NCBI RefSeq assembly: GCF_900199515.1
Contig: NZ_LT963434.1
Span: 174,057 to 206,056, forward strand
Source of the DNA: Massilicoli timonensis
Lineage (GTDB): Bacteria > Bacillota_I > Bacilli_A > Erysipelotrichales > Erysipelotrichaceae
Length of the DNA stretch: 32,000 nt
Reading direction: 5' to 3'
Shown here: piece after piece, positions 9,062 through 15,750 of the stretch
How positions within the stretch are numbered: position 1 is the stretch's first letter
Layout of the letters: each line of letters begins with the position of its first letter
The notes under the pieces: model-generated
What the model saw: only the letters and a program-made list of their open reading frames with translations
Database searches by the model: none
What the model was told of the DNA's origin: nothing
Translations under genes and position numbers: made by a program

Positions 9062-10372
9062 ATGGACGATGTCCCCGAGCAGACTTTAATTATTTTGGTA
9101 GTATTTTTGGTATTGTGCTCCGCTTTTTTCAGCGCATCAGAGACGGCATACTCGACATGCAATAAGATTCGTTTGAAGCAAATGCACAACCGCGGCAACG
9201 CGAAAGCCGGCAAGGTACTGGCACTGGCTGAAAATTATGATCAGTTGATTTCTGGTATTTTGGTCGGAAATAACTTCGTAAATATCTTTGCGACGACGAT
9301 CGCAACAATGTTGTTTACCAGCCTTCTGGGCAGCACACAGGGACCTAGTGTTTCGACTGTGGTCATGACGGTAACGATCTTGATCTTCGGTGAGATTACG
9401 CCGAAAACATTGGCACGCTATCGTCCGGATGCGTTTGCGATGTTTGCTTATCCGCTTTTGAAAGCAACGATCGTTTTATTAACGCCGATCGTGTTCCTGT
9501 TCAATGTATGGCAGAAATTAGTCGGCAGCTTTTTCAAGGATGACGACAATCAAGGCATGAGCGGCGAAGAACTGATCACGATGATCGAGGAAGTCGAAAA
9601 AGAAGGCAATCTGGAAAAAGAGGAAAGTGAACTGATCCAGTCCGCAATCGAATTTAGTGAGGTAGACATTGCTGATATTTATACACCGCGTGTGGATATG
9701 ATCGCTTTTGATCTGGATGACTCTCGTGAAGAACTGGCACAGTTGTTTCAAAACTATCCTTATTCGCGTATTCCGCTTTATCGCAAGAGCGTCGACAACA
9801 TCGTTGGTTTTATCCATTACCGCGATTTCTTTGAACTGGGTGACGATCAGCCGATCGAGTCTGTGATCCAGATTCCGGCTTATCTGCCGCTTACTACTTC
9901 CATCAGCGATGCCCTGAAAGAATTTCAATCACGCAAAGTACATTTAGGCGTCGTCTTCGATGAGTTTGGCGGCACAGCGGGCATTATCACGCTGGAAGAT
10001 ATTATCGAGGAGCTGGTCGGCGAGATCTGGGATGAGCACGATGAAGTGAAAGAAGAAATATTGCCGATGGGCGATGATATTTATAAGATCGATGGAACCG
10101 TAAATATTGACGATGTATTTGAATTGTACGATCTGTATGAAGATGATATTTACGACTCTAATACCTTGAGCGGTTTCATTATCGAAATCAGTGAACATGT
10201 GCCTGCCGTCAATGAAGTCATTTACTTCAAAAATCTCGAATTTAAGATTTTACAGGCAGATGGTAAAACGATTCGCTGGGTATTGGTTTCCAAGGCCGAT
10301 ATTTCTGAAGAGGAAGAAAATGCGGCGGTACTGCAGGCGGAGGCAGAAATTCAGCCAACTGATGAAAAATAA
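9062..10372 (+). CDS. CNNM/CorC-HlyC family transporter (DUF21 membrane domain, CBS pair, CorC_HlyC C-terminal domain), putative Mg2+/Co2+ efflux
   Basis: N-terminal TM region with ASETAY, GEITPKT, a CBS-pair region and a C-terminal transporter-associated domain. I chose ATG 9062 (GAGGAGG 9 nt upstream, downstream of the promoter) over the ORF-track 8951. Confidence 0.85.
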   Translation: MDDVPEQTLIILVVFLVLCSAFFSASETAYSTCNKIRLKQMHNRGNAKAGKVLALAENYDQLISGILVGNNFVNIFATTIATMLFTSLLGSTQGPSVSTVVMTVTILIFGEITPKTLARYRPDAFAMFAYPLLKATIVLLTPIVFLFNVWQKLVGSFFKDDDNQGMSGEELITMIEEVEKEGNLEKEESELIQSAIEFSEVDIADIYTPRVDMIAFDLDDSREELAQLFQNYPYSRIPLYRKSVDNIVGFIHYRDFFELGDDQPIESVIQIPAYLPLTTSISDALKEFQSRKVHLGVVFDEFGGTAGIITLEDIIEELVGEIWDEHDEVKEEILPMGDDIYKIDGTVNIDDVFELYDLYEDDIYDSNTLSGFIIEISEHVPAVNEVIYFKNLEFKILQADGKTIRWVLVSKADISEEEENAAVLQAEAEIQPTDEK

Positions 10373-10375
10373 ACG

Positions 10376-10404
10376 AACGGCAGTTTCAGCGACTGCCGTT
10401 TTTT
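10376..10404 (+). terminator. Intrinsic terminator after the CNNM gene
   Basis: Perfect 9-bp stem aacggcagt (10376-10384) / actgccgtt (10392-10400), 7-nt loop, six T. Confidence 0.85.
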
Positions 10405-10514
10405 GATCGTATCGAAATCGTTTTGGATGATGAGGAAAAGCGCAAAATATTATATTCAGAAACTTCTAAAAGTCAAGAGTGTATCATTTGCGGGAACCGT
10501 GTTATACTATAATT

Positions 10515-10704
10515 GTTCAGAAGGATAACATTTTTCCTACACTTTGAGATAAGGGAATCCGGACGTTGTGTTTTGGTGTCGAATACCGGCAAAGCTTGCA
10601 GGGATCCTAAAAAATCACACAGGATACCCACCTGTACTGACAGGGAAAGATCTCACCTTCTGAACTTTAAGAAAAAAAGCCTGCTTGACGCAGGTTTTAT
10701 TTTT
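10515..10704 (+). ncRNA. ssrS: Stand-alone structured small RNA, best interpreted as 6S RNA (ssrS/bsrA-like)
   Basis: Own promoter (TGtTATACT 10500-10508) and own terminator, with no downstream + strand gene. The fold is a rod: 10-bp closing stem 10515-10524/10656-10665, 8-bp helix 10530-10537/10644-10651, large internal bubble 10538-10552/10630-10643, helix 10553-10560/10622-10629, helix 10567-10574/10611-10619, apical region. In B. subtilis (from memory) 6S-1 lies just downstream of aspS. Confidence 0.55.
10673..10704. terminator. Bidirectional intrinsic terminator shared by the small RNA (+) and ttcA (-)
   Basis: CCTGC (10680-10684) / GCAGG (10690-10694), extended by A:T pairs. An A-run lies on one side and a T-run on the other, so it reads as hairpin plus U-tract on both strands. 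Confidence 0.7.
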
Positions 10705-11485
10705 GCTTCAGCTGTGCGCGAGCGGCGTGAAAAGCGCGTTTATTGTTTTCAAAAGTGGGATCTTTGTGCCAGAGCTTTACCTGTTCTTCATTATGAAGCG
10801 CTAACAGCAGGTTCTCTTTGGCAAGCGGATCGTGTTGATAAAGCATCTGTAAAAAACGCTTCATGTCCGTGCGTTTGGTAATGCCTTCCTTTTCACAGGT
10901 AGAAGCAACAAACGGGATGTCGTTCGTCCGCAAGGCATGGGTGATTTCCTCTTCAAAGCAATAGATGAGCGGGCGGATAAAGGTGATCGCTTCACGGGTA
11001 AGGTACATGCTCGGCTCAAAGGTTGCCAATTTTCCGCCATACATCATATTTAAGAAAAGCGTTTCAACTGCATCATCACCATGATGACCGAAAGCGACTT
11101 TATTACAGCCGCGTTTTTTTGCTTCTTTGATCACAGCGCCTTTTTTTAAGGCAGAGCAGCGCGAACACTGGATCTTTCCATCTTTTCCCGGATATTGTCT
11201 CAAGATCGCATATAAATTGCTGGGACAGTCCTCATAAGCGATCCCATATTTTGCGCAGTATTGCCTGACCGCTGTAAAATCCATGTCGGGAAACCCCATT
11301 TCAATATGAATGCCGACTACCTCAAAATGCTTATCTTTGAACTTGGAATACCAATGCAGAGCGGTAAGCAGCACCATTGAATCCTTACCGCCGGATACAC
11401 CGACCGCAATGCGATCTCCTTCTTCGATCATATGGTAGTGATGATCTGCTTTGCGTAGCTTTGCCAGTATATTTTTTAATTCCAT
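10697..11485 (-). CDS. ttcA: tRNA 2-thiocytidine biosynthesis protein TtcA-like PP-loop ATPase
   Basis: PP-loop SGGKDS, CSRCSALKKG, GHHGDDAVETLFLNMMYGGK. I prefer the start at ATG 11485 (MELKNIL, GAGGGA upstream). The ORF-track N-terminal extension to 11578 lies upstream of a -10 (TATAAT on the minus strand, 11511-11516). ATG 11500 is an alternative start. Confidence 0.8.
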   Translation of the reverse strand: MELKNILAKLRKADHHYHMIEEGDRIAVGVSGGKDSMVLLTALHWYSKFKDKHFEVVGIHIEMGFPDMDFTAVRQYCAKYGIAYEDCPSNLYAILRQYPGKDGKIQCSRCSALKKGAVIKEAKKRGCNKVAFGHHGDDAVETLFLNMMYGGKLATFEPSMYLTREAITFIRPLIYCFEEEITHALRTNDIPFVASTCEKEGITKRTDMKRFLQMLYQHDPLAKENLLLALHNEEQVKLWHKDPTFENNKRAFHAARAQLKQK

Positions 11486-11609
11486 CGTTAGATCCCTCAT
11501 TTCGTTTCCTATTATAGCGTATTTTGAGAAAATTAGAAACCTGATGCAGGGAAAGGGGAAGAAATGAGGTGATTTCACATCAAATCAATGATATTCGATA
11601 GGATTTCTA

Positions 11610-11618
11610 TGATATAAT
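11610..11618 (+). promoter_or_regulatory. Extended -10 promoter (TGaTATAAT) upstream of truB
   Basis: TG at 11610-11611 and TATAAT at 11613-11618. Confidence 0.45.
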
Positions 11619-11644
11619 GCTAAAAGGAATGAATAGGTGATATT

Positions 11645-12475
11645 GTGAATGGAATTTTATTGATCAATAAAGAAAAGGGCATGACCAGCCATGATGTAGT
11701 CAATCGGCTGCGTAAGATCCTGCATATGAAAAAAATCGGACATACCGGCACACTGGATCCGCAGGCGAGCGGATTGCTGGTCGTGCTGCTTGGAACAGCA
11801 TGCAAGGCGCTTCCTTATTTAGAAGATGTCGATAAAGAATATATTGCGGAAATGGAACTGGGGCGCAAAACGATCAGTGATGATATTTGGGGAGAAGTAC
11901 AGGAAGTAAGAGAAGTAACGCCAATCGCAGATTTTCCTGCGCTGGTGCGTTCCATGATCGGTGTGCAGCAGCAAGTGCCGCCGTTGATTTCCAGCATCAA
12001 GGTAAACGGTAAAAAGCTCTATGAGTATGCACGGGCCAAGCAAAGCGTTACCGTTAAACCGCGCCAGGTGGAAATTTATGAAATGGAAGTATTAGAGGAG
12101 GCAAGCCTGCGGTTTCGCTGCAGGTGCAGCAGCGGTACGTATGTGCGGGCCATTTGCCGAGACATGGCTTTGCAAAGCGGTAATCTGGGTTGCATGAAAT
12201 CCTTGGTGCGCACTCAGGTTGGCCGTTTTAAGCTAAGCGATGCCGTAACGCTGGAACAAGTGGAAAAAGGCATGTTTCAGATCATCCCGCTGAAAGAAGC
12301 GCTGCGGCATTATCCGCAAGTCGCCCTTACGGATCCAAGTGATGTGCTGAATGGGAAACATCTGCGTTTGGATGTGCCTTACGACCAGTTCCTGTTTACG
12401 TATCAGGATGAACCGCTGGCGATTTACAGAAGGCACCATGACTGTGTGTTCGCCTGTGTGCGCGGGCTTTGGTAG
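11645..12475 (+). CDS. truB: tRNA pseudouridine(55) synthase TruB
   Basis: GILLINKEKGMTSHDVV and the catalytic motif GHTGTLDPQASGLLVV. GTG start with AGGTGA upstream. Confidence 0.9.
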   Translation: MNGILLINKEKGMTSHDVVNRLRKILHMKKIGHTGTLDPQASGLLVVLLGTACKALPYLEDVDKEYIAEMELGRKTISDDIWGEVQEVREVTPIADFPALVRSMIGVQQQVPPLISSIKVNGKKLYEYARAKQSVTVKPRQVEIYEMEVLEEASLRFRCRCSSGTYVRAICRDMALQSGNLGCMKSLVRTQVGRFKLSDAVTLEQVEKGMFQIIPLKEALRHYPQVALTDPSDVLNGKHLRLDVPYDQFLFTYQDEPLAIYRRHHDCVFACVRGLW

Positions 12476-12483
12476 GTGAGCAT

Positions 12484-13410
12484 ATGGAAATTATTACAGT
12501 GAAGATCCATGCAGGAGAAATTGTCATACCAGATGATCTATGTGCCTGTATCGGTTATTTTGACGGGATGCACATCGGGCATCAGTCGCTTTTTCATCAG
12601 GTATTTCAGGTTTGTAAGCAAAGTGCTTTACGATCCGCGCTCATTACCTTCGATCCGGATCCTTGGACGATTACGAAGCAGCAGCAGGAATTAAAGCATC
12701 TGATGACGATGAAACAAAGAATTGCCTATGGAGAAGCATTTGGGTTTGCTTATTGGATCATTTTGCACTTTGATGAAGCGATGGCTTCCTTATCGGTTTC
12801 TGCCTTCCATGCACTGTTAAAAAGCTTACGGGTAAAGGTGCTGGTAAGCGGCTTTGATTTTCACTATGCGCATTTTGGTGCGGGGAATTGTGATACTTTG
12901 CAAGAGCAGCGTGATTTCGATGTCATCATCTGCAAGGAGGTCAAGCTGCTGGATGAAAAGATTTCTTCCACCCGTATCGAGCAGGCGCTGGATCATGGCG
13001 ATGTAGAACTGGCAGCAGCGCTTTTGGGAAGGCCGTTTTGTGTAGAGGGCATGGTTGTTCATGGAAGAGGATTAGGCAGGACCATCGGTTTTCCGACGGC
13101 TAATTTACGATGTGAAAAAGAGCAGTACTTGCCTGCTTCCGGTGTTTATGCCGGTTATGCGGAAGTAGGTGGTGAACGCTACCGCGCTATTTTGAATATC
13201 GGTCATAACCCGACCTTTAACTTAAAAGAACAGTTATCTTTGGAGGTCCACTTATTAGGCTTTAGCGGTGATCTGTACGATCGCCATCTAACTGTTTCGT
13301 TTTATGATTATCTGCGTGATGAAAAAAAGTTTGCATCGCAAGACGCTCTGATCGAGCAGTTAAAGCAGGATCAGATGCGGGCGATCGCATTACTGCATAT
13401 GCCAGAGTAG
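12484..13410 (+). CDS. ribF: Bifunctional riboflavin kinase / FMN adenylyltransferase
   Basis: GYFDGMHIGHQSL (FAD synthetase) and GRGLGRTIGFPTANL...LEVHLLGFSGDLY (riboflavin kinase). I prefer ATG 12484 over the ORF-track TTG 12469. Confidence 0.9.
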   Translation: MEIITVKIHAGEIVIPDDLCACIGYFDGMHIGHQSLFHQVFQVCKQSALRSALITFDPDPWTITKQQQELKHLMTMKQRIAYGEAFGFAYWIILHFDEAMASLSVSAFHALLKSLRVKVLVSGFDFHYAHFGAGNCDTLQEQRDFDVIICKEVKLLDEKISSTRIEQALDHGDVELAAALLGRPFCVEGMVVHGRGLGRTIGFPTANLRCEKEQYLPASGVYAGYAEVGGERYRAILNIGHNPTFNLKEQLSLEVHLLGFSGDLYDRHLTVSFYDYLRDEKKFASQDALIEQLKQDQMRAIALLHMPE

Positions 13411-13422
13411 GAGGGAAAGAAA

Positions 13423-14796
13423 GTGCAGCTACCGGTTTTTAGAACGATTGATGAAACTTTGTGTCTGCTGGATAAAAAAAATACCCAGCTGGAAAAGATC
13501 CGCCGCCAAGTCAAACGCTTCTGGATGAACTTCTTTATCGATAAACAGGAGGCGATCGTCGATGTGACTTCCCGCGTAAAAGGGAAGGAAAGCCTGCGTG
13601 AGAAAATCATCCGCAATCGTCTTTATATTGAAAAAGACAGTCCGCAGCAGATCTTAGCGGATCTAAGCGATCTGATCGGGTTCGCGATCGAATGCCGTTT
13701 TATCGATGAAGAAAACGAAATCCTGCAAGAACTGCGCAGTCGTTTTACGATTCCTTCTTTAACGGATGATGGTTATTCACGCTGTGAGGAAGATGCCCAT
13801 TTATTTCTGGAATTGAACAGTCCGCAGCCACAGATGCAGAAAAACGGGTTTTCGATCTATCGCATCGACGGTTATTATGTGAATCATGAGGAAAAAGTGC
13901 GTTTTGAATTACAGATCAAGTCTTTGGTACACATGTTTTGGGGAGAGATCGAGCATAAGCTGGTATATAAGAATTCCAATTTCTATGTCTATGATAATTT
14001 CATGAAAGAGATCTTGGCTTCGATCATGGCCAATTTAACGATCTTGGACAAACAGCTGCGGATCGTTTACAAACAGATGGATCAGATGTCGCGTGATGGA
14101 CATGGCATGTCTGAACATGATTTTGAACAAGTGATCATCAAGGCGATCAACGACTTATTCTTAATGAAGATGAGCGCCTCGATCGGCTTTACGCTGAATA
14201 TCAAAAATACGAGTTCGATCCTAGGCCATTACCTGTTCATCAAGGATTTTCGCAATGAGAGCAAGAACAGCGATCAGGTGTCCCGCTTATTTGCGACGTT
14301 CAAGAAGTTAAACAGCGTCGATCTCGACTTTGAAAACGAAATTCGTATCACCGGTAATTTTTCTTCATCCGATGTATTTATTGATACGTTGGGAAATTAT
14401 CTGCTTTCCATCATCAATTTTGATTATGACTGGTATGTGTTCTTCAAAATGCTGTTTGTGATCGAACCGGGCGACGATCTGGAGGATTTTTCTCTGTTTT
14501 TGAAGGTCATCAAGAACTATCTGGTCGATTCCTATTGGCTGGACACCAGCTTTGCCCGCTTGCCGCTTGCGGAAAGTGAACAGATCCATCATGATCTATG
14601 GAAGATCCTAGCGGACGCTTTGGTGGAGATCGGCAGTATTCGCATGATCCATGACGATAAGATGATCATGATCAATCAGGCCTTTGTGGAATTTGTGAAT
14701 GAACTGGAAGAACGCGTCATCTCCTACGATGATTTCCGCCATTATAAAGAAGCTTACTATGAGGAATGGCTGAAACGCATTCATCGCTTCTTTTGA
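13423..14796 (+). CDS. RelA/SpoT-fold (small alarmone synthetase-like) nucleotidyltransferase domain fused to an uncharacterised ~270-aa C-terminal domain
   Basis: Ordered SAS-type motifs: SRVKGKESLREKIIRN, DLIGFAIECRFIDE, NGFSIYRIDGYY, RFELQIKSLVHMFWGEIEHKLVYKN. GTG start 7 nt after AGGAGGG, 12 nt after the ribF stop. I recognise nothing in the C-terminal ~270 aa. Confidence 0.7.
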   Translation: MQLPVFRTIDETLCLLDKKNTQLEKIRRQVKRFWMNFFIDKQEAIVDVTSRVKGKESLREKIIRNRLYIEKDSPQQILADLSDLIGFAIECRFIDEENEILQELRSRFTIPSLTDDGYSRCEEDAHLFLELNSPQPQMQKNGFSIYRIDGYYVNHEEKVRFELQIKSLVHMFWGEIEHKLVYKNSNFYVYDNFMKEILASIMANLTILDKQLRIVYKQMDQMSRDGHGMSEHDFEQVIIKAINDLFLMKMSASIGFTLNIKNTSSILGHYLFIKDFRNESKNSDQVSRLFATFKKLNSVDLDFENEIRITGNFSSSDVFIDTLGNYLLSIINFDYDWYVFFKMLFVIEPGDDLEDFSLFLKVIKNYLVDSYWLDTSFARLPLAESEQIHHDLWKILADALVEIGSIRMIHDDKMIMINQAFVEFVNELEERVISYDDFRHYKEAYYEEWLKRIHRFF

Positions 14797-14801
14797 TCCA
14801 G

Positions 14802-14830
14802 GCATGTTTTGTTTCCTCCTTGCATACAGT
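14802..14830 (+). promoter_or_regulatory. Candidate sigma-E-type (mother-cell) promoter for the spoIIIAH-like gene
   Basis: GCATGTT (14802-14808), 14-nt spacer, CATACAGT (14823-14830), compared with the remembered B. subtilis sigma-E consensus ZHATAXX-14-CATACAHT. That is 13 of 15 positions. Confidence 0.35.
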
Positions 14831-14852
14831 GAAGTAGCAAGGAGGATTTTTT
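14814..14852 (+). terminator. Intrinsic terminator of the truB-ribF-RSH operon; its 3' arm contains the SD of the next gene
   Basis: Perfect 10-bp stem tcctccttgc (14814-14823) / gcaaggagga (14837-14846), 13-nt loop, six T (14847-14852) abutting ATG 14853. Confidence 0.85.
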
Positions 14853-15335
14853 ATGAACAGACAAGCTTTGGCATTCTTAACGCTGTTTTCGCTCATCCTG
14901 ATGTTGTCGGTCTACTATGTTACCATACCTGCCGATGATATGAGCGTATCCACAAAGGAACATAACAGCGAGCCACTTACTACATCAAAGCAAGAAACCA
15001 GTGAAACATTGCAGGAAAACGCCGATGAAAAGAAGGATCAGCAGCTGAGCGAAGAATCGGCAACGCTTTCCGATGAAGCCGCCAGCGAGGAAGACAAGAA
15101 AGAAGCGCTGGAAACGATGGATGCGATCAAGGATACGAAAAAGACCGAAACAAAGATCAAGGAAGCATTGCAGAAAAGCGGTTTTGAAAGCGTTGTGGAA
15201 ATCGAGGATGAAGTGTGCAGCGTTTCGATCTTTCACAGTGAGGACAATAAAGAAAATGCGAAAATCGTATTAAAGCAGGTATATGATATCGTAGGCCAGC
15301 AATATTTTGTGGAAGTTACTTTCAAAAGCGAATAA
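14853..15335 (+). CDS. spoIIIAH: SpoIIIAH-like sporulation protein (N-terminal TM anchor, acidic linker, YscJ/FliF-like C-terminal domain)
   Basis: TM segment ending LSVYYV, a long Glu/Ser/Lys-rich linker, and a C-terminal pattern (EALETMD...KIKEALQKSGFESVVEIEDE...VEVTF) resembling B. subtilis SpoIIIAH as I remember it. It lies just upstream of the Asp23-family gene and nusB. Confidence 0.6.
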   Translation: MNRQALAFLTLFSLILMLSVYYVTIPADDMSVSTKEHNSEPLTTSKQETSETLQENADEKKDQQLSEESATLSDEAASEEDKKEALETMDAIKDTKKTETKIKEALQKSGFESVVEIEDEVCSVSIFHSEDNKENAKIVLKQVYDIVGQQYFVEVTFKSE

Positions 15336-15339
15336 TATC

Positions 15340-15348
15340 TGCTATAAT
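15340..15348 (+). promoter_or_regulatory. Extended -10 promoter (TGcTATAAT) upstream of the Asp23-family gene
   Basis: TG at 15340-15341 and TATAAT at 15343-15348. Confidence 0.45.
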
Positions 15349-15368
15349 GGTGGCAGAAGGTGATAAGC

Positions 15369-15695
15369 ATGGCACAAGAATATTTATTAGCCAAAAATAA
15401 AAATCAGTTGGGACAGATCGCACTCAGCAAATCGGTGTTCGAAACGATCGCGAAGATCGCGGTGGAAGAGGAAGAACAGCTTGCTTTGGCGGATGGGGCG
15501 TTTCGATCTGCCCTCACATGCAAGATTACCGATGATCAGTTGATCATCACGCTTGATGTGAAAGTAAAATATCTTGCCAAGGTCGAAGAGATTTGCGCGC
15601 GTTTACAGGCGAAGATTTATGACAGTATTTCACATATGAGCGATTACAGTCCCGATGTGATCGATATTCGCATTGTCGGATTTCTGTTTGAATAA
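15369..15695 (+). CDS. Asp23/Gls24 family envelope stress protein (YqhY-like)
   Basis: Size about 108 aa. N-terminal pattern GQIALSKSVFETIAKIAVEE is typical of the Asp23 family, and the gene sits upstream of nusB as yqhY does in Bacillus. ATG 15369 is preferred (AAGGTGA 5 nt upstream). Confidence 0.65.
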   Translation: MAQEYLLAKNKNQLGQIALSKSVFETIAKIAVEEEEQLALADGAFRSALTCKITDDQLIITLDVKVKYLAKVEEICARLQAKIYDSISHMSDYSPDVIDIRIVGFLFE

Positions 15696-15697
15696 GT

Positions 15698-15728
15698 AAA
15701 AATCCACTTCGTGTGGTTTTTTCTTTTT
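15698..15728 (+). terminator. Probable intrinsic terminator after the Asp23-family gene
   Basis: ccac (15704-15707) / gtgg (15713-15716) with flanking A:T extension and a long T-rich tract. Confidence 0.5.
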
Positions 15729-15750
15729 GTTTGATGAGGAGGTATATTAT

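Noticed and set aside
10577-10583. Additional perfect TGTCGAA (0A-box) matches at 10577-10583, 22570-22576 and 27607-27613
   Set aside because: They lie inside the small RNA, dxs and dinB coding sequence. About four occurrences of a given 7-mer are expected by chance on both strands of 32 kb.
10515-10665. Riboswitch interpretation of the structured RNA (the gggaatccgg... segment looked faintly cobalamin-like)
   Set aside because: There is no downstream gene on the + strand to regulate, because the next gene is convergent. I saw no B12 box or other riboswitch core. The end-to-end rod fold fits a stand-alone sRNA better.
10513-10881. 122-aa + strand ORF from the track
   Set aside because: It has no SD. 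It starts inside the promoter and 5' end of the structured small RNA, runs through a bidirectional terminator, and then lies antisense to the well-supported ttcA. Its composition is Cys/Arg-rich and looks like junk.
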